DNA of 64,000 bases, from assembly GCF_009914755.1 (NCBI RefSeq), contig NC_060937.1; one strand, written 5' to 3'. The number at the start of each line of letters is the position of its first letter. Position 1 is the first letter of the stretch. The notes below the pieces were generated by a model, which saw only the letters and a program-made list of their open reading frames with translations, was not told the DNA's origin and searched no databases. This document shows positions 30,401 to 41,086 of this stretch, one piece after another. The translations under genes were made by a program, and so were the position numbers. Source of the stretch: the human T2T-CHM13v2.0 reference genome, Homo sapiens.

Positions 30401-32440
30401 GAGTGCAGTACTACTGAAATTTGATATATCTTTGGCTCAAGACATTAAAAGCAAAAGAAATTAACTTAATCTACATTGACAGCAGGAATATACAGTGCTT
30501 CTCAAAAACAATCGCGTTTACCTTTATTTTCTGTGATTTTTCTCTTCTAAAAATCAAGTGTAGAAGAAACATTCCATGAATTGAGGATTTTATAGTGTTT
30601 TATTCCAGATACATGTGTTTTTTACTATAACTGGTTTGTTTGAACCTTTTCTCATTTTATCTATGTTGTCTATTGTAAGGCAAATGCAGATTAACTCTCT
30701 GTAATATTAGTGTAGGAAAGTGACAATCAAACAGTTCAAAAGAACAGAACAAGGAGAAAATGACCAGAATAAAAGAAGTTATAACAATAGTTGTTTCTTC
30801 AGGGGTTAAGATTACTTTACGTGAAAATGTTTAGTAAGTGAAATGTTTAGGATAGATATAATTTAATGTCAGAGGAAAAATTTAAAACTGAAAATAACAT
30901 TTTCATATAGTTGATTTTCTATGATCTTAAATACAAAATAAGCATTATTTGGACATTTATTTTCCACTCCACCTGAAGGTTAAGGATGACAGCAACAACA
31001 AAGGCCCAAGGAAAGATACAATCTGAAGAATATGGTAGACAATGAATCCTTAAATCTCTATCAATGGTTCTGTAATTTTATCTAAATTTGGAAATATTTG
31101 TTAAGAGCTGATAAAATTTCATGGTACATTTTTGGTATATGATTAGATGCAGTGCTTATACGCATCCAATGTTTACGTATAGATGCCTGATTGAAGAACA
31201 TCTTCGGAGGACTATTGTCATTTTGCAAGGCAATTTTAATGGTGTTGAATTAATCAGAGCTAGATTTTCACTGTTGTATCAGAAACAAATTATCATGATA
31301 TGGCTGGAAGACATGGAATGCAATGAATTGATATATGAATTTTTAAAAATAAATTCAGGAAAAGCAGATATGGAATAGATTTTCTATAATTATATATTCT
31401 TCCCCTAGAAAGTGGTTTTCATGTGGATACAGTAGTCTAAAGCTGAATAAAGATGCCACCATATTTGTAAGTGATGTTGCTTTATGACTGAGTATATATT
31501 ATTCTGTATATAAAAATCATTTGTAAGAAGCAGAAAACATTAAAATACCTCGTGGTTTTTCTTATAGGAGAAAAATTTTTGACAATGGTCATAGAGCCAG
31601 AAAATCTATTTCTCCAGTACCTCAAAAGCATTAGTTAATAGTCTAATTACAAATATCTGTGGAAAACATTCTTTTTGAAGCAGGAAGGGGAAAATCTTTG
31701 CTTTTGTTTTATTTTTAAATATATGTTTGTATTTGAAAACCAAAGAGAATAAATAATTTTTCAAAGGATGAAATTGATTTGTGATTTGTAATTTGTTGTA
31801 CTTTGTTAATAATTTTCTTCAACATGACATCAAATTCTTCTACACATCTGTAGAATATGTAGATAGTACTCATCAGAATTTGGAGCATGAAGAGGTTAAT
31901 ATTATTATATATAAAGTTTTTTATAGTCTTTAATCATTAGTTTTTTTTCAGGAATAGTGGTGTTTTGGACAACACGTGATATGGCATAAGTGACACAGTT
32001 ACTGTTTTTTAATACAACATACCACAGGACTACACAAAATATCTATTTGGAAATAGAGCTTCGCTAAAGTTAAGCTAATTTAGAAGTGATGCATTGGGAC
32101 AGAATATTTTTTGAAGTCAGAATAATATGACTAAGAAATGTGTTATATGAGGGCACAGAGATGAAAAAATATCCATAACATTTTCAGGAGAACAGTATTC
32201 TATTTAGCCAGCCACAACATTTGAACATCATCTTTCGAATCAAAGGCAAAAAGCAAAGAAAACCTCCAGCCATGGCCCTGTGAAAAATCATCCAGATGGA
32301 AAATTTCTGTGAAAGAAACGTGCAACTACCACTCCAATGTCTTACTTTAAGAAAAATAAACAGGTTTTGAATATAAAAATATTGATGAGCCCAGATTATA
32401 ATTGACTATGATAGCCAAAATTAAGGTAACATCAGGTTAC

Positions 32441-32840
32441 TTTTTGTTTATTTTATTTTATTTTATTTTATTTTATTTTATTTTATTTTATTTTAAGTTC
32501 TGGGGTACATGTGCAAGATGTACAGGTTTGTTAAAAAGGTAAACATGTGCCATGGTGGTTTGCTACACCTGTCAACCCATCACCTAGATATTAAGCCCAG
32601 AATGCATCAGCTATTTTTCCTAATGCTCTCCCCACCCTCCTCCATCAGGTCCCAGTGTGTGTTGTTCCCCTCCCTGTTGTGTTCTCATTGTTCAGCTCCA
32701 ACTTATAAATGAGAACATGTAGTGTTTGGTTTTCTGTTCCCGCATTAGTTTGCAGAGGATAATGGCTTCCAGCTTCATCCATGTCCCTGCAAAGGACATA
32801 ATCTTGTTCCTTTTTATGGCTGCATAGTATTCCACAGTGT
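32441..32840 (-). mobile_element. L1PA (approximately PA8-PA10) 3' end with (TTTTA)n tail
   Basis: TTTTAAGTTCTGGGGTACATGTGCAAGATGT...CCATGGTGGTTTGCT...CCATGTCCCTGCAAAGGACAT...GGCTGCATAGTATTCCA. Confidence 0.92.
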
Positions 32841-33617
32841 TGATTAAATAAATGATTGCAGCTTTGATCTTTTAAGGACAAATTAAAATGACAAATAAGA
32901 GGCTTAATGTTGAAAGTAACGGAAGAGCTACTCCTCCCCTTCTTTTTCTTAGAGCATTTACTCAAAAAAAAAAAAAAAACTTAAAATCCTAAGTCCTTTT
33001 TCTTTTCCCTCTCTAAAATAAGTGCACACACACACACAAACACACACATTTTTTTGAAAACTATATAGGCCTCTGGAGATAGGCCTTCTGTCAGCTTAAT
33101 GGCTCAGGGATGTCTTTCTCAAGAACCTGGGAACATCTCTTTGAAATGTAAACACATCAAGAGAGAAAGCATTTTTTTTTCCACTTTCTGTGGGAAGGTA
33201 GGAGCCTAACTTTTGTGGGAACCTTGCTCCAATTTGCAAACCTACCTCCTGTCATAAAGATATGAGTAGTGTGTTTATCTTCTGGACAAAATCCAATTAA
33301 CCAACACACATGATCACCTCAATTGCCAGGAGAAGTTATGTTGAACTATGTGTGACAAATGGTCCTGTCAAGTTTTCTTAATTGAGGACTAATTATTGTT
33401 TATCTTGAAAACATGGGTATAATGCATTGTATATGCTTGGTTATATAAAGGGGTGAGATTTCTTTCTGTGTTTGCAGTCTCTTAGTGGATGGCTTATCAT
33501 GAGCATCACATTCTAATTTAAGGCTTATTCAATTATATGTGTTTTCTTCCTCTATTGCCTTTATGAAGAGGATTTCTGATTTGTTAGAAGATTGTTTATA
33601 ATTGTAATCTCTCAATA
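32841..33617 (+). mobile_element. ERV1-class solo LTR (MER34/MER39-like; family uncertain)
   Basis: TTCTGTGGGAAGGTAGGAGCCTAACTT...CCTTGCTCCAATTTGCAAACCTACCTCCTGTCATAAAGATATGAG, and TATA-like TATATAAAGGGG near 33443. Family assignment from recall. Confidence 0.6.
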
Positions 33618-34863
33618 ATGACAAAAGTAGCCAGAAACCAAGAATTCAGGATATTTGCACTGAGAAAAAATACGTTAACTTTTTTATTAGTAGTGGAATA
33701 AAGTAGACTTATGAATAGTCATTGGTAATCACATTCTGCATACAATATATTAACGTATAGGAATTATTGCTTCTGTAGATAAAAATGAATAAATATAAAC
33801 CCTGAAAAGATTGTAAGATTCTTAGCAGATAAACACCAGCGTAAAGTAAGCGAAAAGAGAAAGACTATGACCTTTCAAAATAAACGTAAAATTTAGCATA
33901 ATCTTCTAGCAGAATAGGATTTTAAAAATGCATAGAATTGTATATGAAATGCACAAGGTCAAAGACTGCATTAATAAACATTAAGAAATATTCATTTTTA
34001 ATCAATAAGATCATTTAACAATAATTTGTGATAAATCATTACAAACAAAACCAGAATATATTAGATTCCCATGATTCAAAAGAAAATCACATCATTTTGA
34101 TCCAATATTGAAGGTAACTAAGGAATGCAAAATTGTCTTCCATGTTCTGTAGGGATTTATTTTATTTCATGCACAACAAATGATTAATATTACATACTGT
34201 TTTGTCCAGACAGAGAAAAATTGTTATTACAGGCCTTCATTAAACTTATCTGTTCTCTGTCTCATTTCCCAACAAATGATTCTTTAATGAATACATAATC
34301 AAATTGAACAGTGTCCATTTGTTTTAGAAGAATTTTCACATTTAAAAAATAAAATCCAGAGATTAAAATAAGATGATTCCATGTAAGCTTGTGTGCATAT
34401 AAATGCATATTCACACAAGTATATAAGAATGCATGTACATATATACACCCATATATGTGTAAATTTCAAACAGATGCATTATATTTTCATTTCTTCTATA
34501 TGTTACACATATTGCTAGACATTTGCTATTTGAAATCTTTCTTTTTAAAATTTTACATGTGACCAACATAATTAAATGGATGCATCAAATACGAGAACGT
34601 GACAAGAAAGTTCTCTATCACTGGATCATTGTTTTAGCTTAACCATAATATGTCAAATGATCAAAAATTTCAGAAATATTTGAAATCTATATGATGTAAT
34701 TCTCATATATACTTTGTAATTATTCATTGCCTTACTGGAAATTTTTTTTCATTCATTTTTCCCCAATTAACCTCTTTTATAATACAAAAAAAAAAACATG
34801 GCTTGAGTTGTTTGTGCTGTAGCTTGTGCTGTAGCAGAACATGGCTATTCTTTTTTTTTTTTT

Positions 34864-35075
34864 ATTCTAAAAAGTTTATTGTTGTACCTTTCTCATTTAG
34901 AGTTACCACCCATCTGGAAAGTACTTTCTATGTATAGCGTTAGGTAGGGGTCATATTTCATTTTATCCACATGGATATCCAATTGACTTAGTATCATTTT
35001 CTGAAAAAAATCAATAAACCTTTTCTCATTATAATTCATTGTCATCTTTGACATTAGTCAGCTGACCATCTATGT
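34864..35075 (-). mobile_element. Very old L1M(E-like) ORF2 fragment
   Basis: CACATGGATATCCAATTG, TAGGTAGGGGTCA and CAGCTGACCATCTATGT: antisense of the late ORF2 region (…QLIFDK…WIS…DPYL…KTIKLL). Confidence 0.7.
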
Positions 35076-35077
35076 CT

Positions 35078-36249
35078 TTAAAAATAAAGAACTAGTCAAT
35101 GGATAGACATCCCATGTTCATGGGTTAGAAGACTCAATATTGTTAAAAATATCCACACTACCCAAAGTGATCTGCAGACCCAGAGCAATCCATTTCAAAC
35201 TCTCAATGACATTTATTTACAGAAATGGAAAAAAATCCAATAATTAATAAGGTACCACAAAGGACCTTCAAAGTAGAAGCTTTATATTCCTGACTTCAAA
35301 ATAAGCTACAAAGCTACACTAATCAAAACAGGATGGTACTGGCATAAAGACAGACATATGGACCAATGGAACAGAATGAAGAGCCCAGAAATAAACTCAC
35401 GTATATACAGTCAAATGATCTTCAAGAGGTTGCCAAGACGACACAATGGGGAAAGGATAGTCCCTTCAACAAATGGTGCTGGGAAGACTGGACATCCACA
35501 TGCAAAAGAATGAAATCAGACCCCTATCCCACATCATACACAAACATCAACTCAAGATGGAGTAAAGACTCAACAACAAGACCCGAAACCATAAAACTCC
35601 TAGATGAAAACATGGAGGAAAGCCTTTATAACATCGTTCTTGGCAGTAGTTTCCTGGATATGACACCAAAAGCATAGGCAACAAAACAAAAATAGAGAAG
35701 TGAGACTACAACAAACTAAAAGGCATCTGTTGCAGCAAAGGAAACAATCACCAGAGACAGAAGCCAACCTATGGAATGGGAGAAAATATTCGCAAACCAT
35801 ATATCTGATAAGAGATTGAAATCCAAAATATATAAGGAACTTATTCAACTCAGTAACAAATTTAAAAAATGGGAAAAAGTCTTGAATAGACACTTCTCCA
35901 AAAAAAAACAAAGATGCATACAAATGGCCAACAGACATATAAAACATGCCTAACATCACTAATTGTCAGAGAAATGGAAATCAAAACCACAACAAGATAT
36001 CACTCCTCACCTGTCAGGATGGTCATTATTTTAAAAAAGAAATCCCCTGAAAATAACAAGTGTTGGCAACAATGTGGAGAAATTAGAACCTTTTTACACT
36101 GTTGGTGGGAATGCAAAATGGCGTGACCACTACAGAAAATGGTATGGAGTTCCTCTGCAAATTTAAAATAGAACTGTAATATGACCCAACAATCTCACTT
36201 CTGGGTATCTATCCAGAAAAATTGAATTTAAGATTTGGAAGCAATATTT
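35078..36249 (+). mobile_element. L1MA/MB ORF2 C-terminal fragment (degenerate)
   Basis: ORF relics [45 protein letters not shown] and REMEIKTTTRYH are L1 ORF2 motifs broken by stops and frameshifts. Confidence 0.92.
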
Positions 36250-37525
36250 AGAACATGGCTATTCTAAAGATAACCTAATTTTTTTCTTGTTTTGTTTTGT
36301 TACCTTTACATTAAATGGAAAAGTAAATATAGAGGATACACAGAAACAAAAGACAAGTTGATAGAGAATTGTTCAAATATTGTAACAGTTTATATTTAAG
36401 ATTATGCTTAAGAAATTAATACATGTTTATCTTTTTTTAACTAAATGAAGTATTTGAGTCAGAAAGCTTAAAAATGGCTCAGGGAACAACCATGATAAGT
36501 GTTTTAGGGCCTTGATTTATGCAACAAGTTTAGTTTAATAAAGAGCAAAACTGCTAATCAGTGCCCACAGATATTAGATAATAAATTCAACAGGGCCAAA
36601 TGGATATTTGCAGCATAGCAACTACTGGCTTAATGATTTAATTAATCTAAACATGCAAAATTTTGTGCTTGCTTAAATTTGTGCTAGCTTAAACAACTAG
36701 GGGTGTATTCATAAATTTAATATGTGTTTTAAGGGAAAAGGGAAAACTAACAGATCTTGTATAAATGCCTCCTAAGAATCTCATCAGGAACAGGAGAGAA
36801 TGAGCTCATATATTTGGCCTTGCAATTATTTACCTTATATTGTTAAATTGAAATAGCTTTGATTAGTACAGTGTATCCGTAAAACTGCTCTAAAGAAAAC
36901 ACAGTGATAATCAAAGTAGCATATAATTAGGAGAATACTAGCTTTCCTTAGAGCTGCCCTTGTAACAATTACTTCTAGTGAATAATTTAAAATCAAGTAA
37001 TTTTTTTTACATCTAACTAGAAATTTAGAGTTATTTCCTTTTTTGTAAAGCAAGCTTTATGAACATTTAGAAATATTTTATTTTAAAAGTTATGTTAATA
37101 TACAGAATATATATGCATTTTATTTTCATTTAGTGTTATTTTTACTAATTGTTCATAATATAAATTGAGCTGTATATTTTACTACTTCATGTAGTTGTGA
37201 AATACAATTGCATGAGCATCCTTTAAAAAGAAATTTTTTTTCTTTGCTGTGGAAATGTAATATGTATTTGTTTTAATTGAAGAGATTTTGAATGTAAAAA
37301 ACCAGATATATTTAAAATCCTGATTGAGAAATATTTAAAATCCCTAAAGATTTAGGATATCACTTAATAGGTTACTTGTAGAGCATTTGTCAAATATTAA
37401 AAGTTATTACCTGAAATGTTAATGTTTAGTTTATATTTGCAACTGTTTTTACTTTCTAAAAATTATTTAATTACATTATACATCAATTAACAACTATTTA
37501 AATCATGTACTATATTTTTAATTAA

Positions 37526-37736
37526 TTTTTTTTTTTTGAGAGAGGGTTTTACTCTCTCACCCAGGCTAGAGTGCAGTGGCACAATCACAACTCACTGCAG
37601 CCTTGACCTCCCAGGCTCAGGTTAAATTGAAATAGCTTTGATTAGTACAGTGTATCCATACTCAGCCTCACCTCAGCCTCAGCCTCCCGAGTAGTTGAGA
37701 CTACTGCCTGCCTCAGCTTCAAAAAGTGCTGAGATT
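37526..37736 (-). mobile_element. Rearranged AluJ with a 40-bp foreign insertion and an internal deletion
   Basis: Alu antisense interrupted at 37621-37660 by a copy of 36842-36881. GACTAC joins directly to TGCCTGCCTCAGC. Degenerate TSD TGTACT..TTTTTAATT on both sides. Confidence 0.88.
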
Positions 37737-38735
37737 GTACTCTTTTTAATTGTTTAAATGCTCTCAGTTTAGACTATATCTACTAGAGGAAAGTAATGCC
37801 AGACACAAAACTCTAAGAACTTCAAAGTTTTCTACGATTGATTTTGTCCCTAATATAATTTTCTCATAATTTTATTATGGGAGATTTCAGAATTGGGTCT
37901 CATTTTAAATGTTTAATAATGATGATCTTCTTGACTGATAGGATATTATGCTTGCAAATGGCATATTACCTTTATTATGGCACTTGTCAATTTGAGACCA
38001 TATTTCATTGATATTTCCTTCTCAGTCACATATAAGCTGTCAGTAAATTTTGAATTAATAAAAGCACAAATGAATGAATGGAATATGCATTCCGGAAATA
38101 GAATTAAATATCTCCCCCTGCATCTACTTCTAATGAGTTTATTAGACAAACAGACCAAGAACTAACTATTAAAAATACTGTGTAGGCTTCCAAAGTGATT
38201 TGAATTCTGTAATATTCAACATCAAATGTAAAAATTCATGATCAGAACCATAGCTGCAGAATTCATTGTAAGACAATTCAAAACAACGTATTTTAGAACC
38301 ACGAAGTCTACTGAGGAATTGTCTCACAGTTGATATTATCCAATTTTCAACTATATTTTTTCTAGAAAACAAAAAATGCTATTTTACTCTGCTAGTATTA
38401 TTTTCATTGACTGTTTTTCTTGTGTTTCTAATAAGCTGACAAAACATAATACAAACTAAAAGTACATCAAGCAATTCTGTAATTATAATTTTTTTCCCTA
38501 ACATTTTGCATAAGTGCATGATTTAATTGCCTCATACCAGCACTTAGGAATTGTGTCTGTTGCATATCCTGCACAACTGAAGTATTATATTGTCATATCT
38601 GTTTTGTGCTTTATATTTTATTAACAGTAATTATGGATATTGGCATGGATGTCAACATCACAGTTTATGGCTGAACTCTTTCTTATGTATTCATAAAAAT
38701 GAATGTATAATAACATTTTGGATGAACTAATTAAG

Positions 38736-38738
<3 letters not shown>

Positions 38739-38766
<28 letters not shown>
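38739..38766. repeat. (GT)14 microsatellite
   Basis: Read directly from the sequence. Confidence 0.92.
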
Positions 38767-39656
38767 AAGGGAGTTAATTTTATATCATGTTATAATTGTT
38801 TTTTCCCCTAGATTTATGCATAAAGGCAAATTACACACAAGTCCCAGGGAACACTCTAATTTGCTTGAGAACACTTAACCTTAAATTTTTTAATGTTTTT
38901 ATTCTTAATTACTATAAAATTACAAGGAGGGGGAGAGAGTGTATCATTTCATTTCCATTGGTTTTCATAAATAAATATTTCCCAGGGGCACACCTGGGAT
39001 TCATTTGTACACTTCTATGAAGTCAGGCTATGAGAAAACATCAATTTATATTTGAAATGTCTTTATGATTCAGGTTACTATTTTATTCATACAGCATATA
39101 ATTCACAGAGGATCCTATTCTTTAGACTATAGCTATGGGCTAGATCTAATAACATCTAGATTTTTTTCCCACAACTTAAAGAAATTATTTTGAAAGATAT
39201 TTCTAGCAAAAAGATATCAGTGCTTTTCTCTTTAAAAATAATGTTTAGTTTTTTAAAATGCCTTCTATAAATCTTCTTAAAATGTACTTTGCTCTATTAT
39301 TTAAAATACAAACACACACACCCCTCTGGATAATTTTTGCTAGAGAATTACATTGGCTACTTATATATGGTACAAGTGCAATTAGTTTGTTAGTTAATTG
39401 TATTAATGGAGACAATAAAAATAGATATAAGTTTCACTGAGTAAATGAAATTGACTTTATTTTGATGAGCGAAGGAAGAGCTAACTAATCAGGCCACACA
39501 TCTATTGGAAATGTAAGTAATTTCATTGTACTAGTAAATTTTTCTTTTGACTGTCATCATTAGTATCACCATTAAATTAAGTCAAATATCTTAACATATG
39601 TAGCATGTTATATGTGTTGACATTTTTGCAGAAGGCTGCTTTAACAGATAGAAGTA

Positions 39657-41086
39657 GAGTCATGCACTGCAGAAGACACTTCATTCAGTGATGGCCTGTG
39701 TATAGGATGTGATCTAAAAAGATTAAAATGGAACTGAGAAAATCCTATTGCTGCCTAGTGATGTCATGGCCATAATAATGTCATGTAAGGCATTACTCAT
39801 GTGTTTGTGGTGATGCTGGTGTAAACAAAACTACTGTGCTGCCAGTCATATAAAAGTATGGCACATATAATTATATACAGTGCATAATACTTGATAATGA
39901 TAATAAATGGCTATGTTACAGCTTTATGTATTTACTATATTTTACTCTTTCTTTTAGCACATACTCCTTCTACTTATTAAAAAAAAAGTTACTTTTACTT
40001 AAAAAAAATGCCTGGAGGGCCTAGCTAAGGCTCTTTTAGGTAAGTCCTCCAGGTATTAGTGTAGAACAGGGGTGTTCAGCCTTTTGGTTTCCCTGGGCCA
40101 CATTGGAAGAAGAATTGTCTTGGACCACACAGAAAATACACTGACACTAATGATAGCTGATAAACTAAAATAAATCACACACACAAAAAAAATCTCATCA
40201 TGTTTTAAGAAAGTTTATGAATTTGTGTTGGGCCACATTCAAAGCCTCCTGGGCTGCATGTGGCCCACAGGCTGTGGGTTGGACAAGCTTGATCTAGAAG
40301 AAATCATTGTTATTATAGGAGATAACAGCTCCATACATGTTATTGCCTCTGAAGACCTTGCAGTGGGACAAAATGCAGAGGTGGAAGGCAGTGATATTGA
40401 TCTTGACCGTGCATAGGCCTAGATTAATGTGTGTGCTTGTGTCTTAGTTTTTAACAAACAAATTAAAAAAAAACAACAACAGAAAAGTATGATAGAATAA
40501 GGATCTAAAGAAATAAGTATTTTTGTACAGCTGTACAATGTATCTGTGTTTTAAGCTAAGTGCTATTACAAGAGTCAAAAATTTTTAAAAAGTAAAAGTA
40601 AGCTAAGTTTAATTTATTATTGAAGAAAGAAAAAAAATTTAAATAAGTTCAGTGCGGCCTAAGTGTATATTCTTTACATAGTCTACCTTAGTGCAAAGTA
40701 TGTCCTAGGCCTTCACATTTACTCACCATTCACTCACTGACTCACCCAGAGCAACTTCCAGTCCTGCAATTTAAATTCATGGTGAATGACCTATATAAGT
40801 ATACCATCTTTGATCTTTTATACTGTATGTTTACTGTACCTTTATAATGTTTTGATATAATGAGATATACAGTATTGTGTTATAATTGCCTACAGTATTC
40901 AATATAGTAACATGTTGTACATGTTTGTAGCCTAGGAGCAATAGGCTATACCTTGTAGACTAGGAGTGTGTAGGCGATACCATCTAGGTTTGTGTAAGTA
41001 CCCTCTTTGATGTTCAAACTATGACCAAAATCATCTAAGGATATGTTTCTCAGAACACATCCCCATCGTTAAGTGATGCATGACTA
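39657..41086 (+). mobile_element. Tigger3b (TcMar-Tigger DNA transposon derivative)
   Basis: TIRs GAGTCATGCAC... and ...GATGCATGACTA flanked by TA. Internal CATTACTCATGTGTTTGTGGTGATGCTGGTGTAAACAAA and TTTGTAGCCTAGGAGCAATAGGCTATAC. Confidence 0.9.
40067..40291 (+). mobile_element. MER30 (hAT-Charlie MITE) nested in Tigger3b
   Basis: CAGGGGTGTTCA...CCCTGGGCCACATTGGAAGAAGAATTGTCTT...GGGTTGGACAAGCTTG. 8-bp TSD GTGTAGAA/ATCTAGAA fits the NTCTAGAN preference. Confidence 0.92.

Larger units (their letters stand above)
34852..36249 (-). mobile_element. TPRT-mediated retroposed segment (orphan transduction or non-coding retrocopy) carrying two old L1M fragments
   Basis: Perfect 16-bp TSD AGAACATGGCTATTCT at 34836-34851 and 36250-36265. 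T-run 34851-34863; TTTATT (minus-strand AATAAA) at 34875-34880. The reconstructed empty site reads TTCT/AA. Confidence 0.8.

Noticed and set aside
35366-36126. ORFs with clear protein-like motifs
   Set aside because: These are frameshifted fragments of L1 ORF2, not a host gene.
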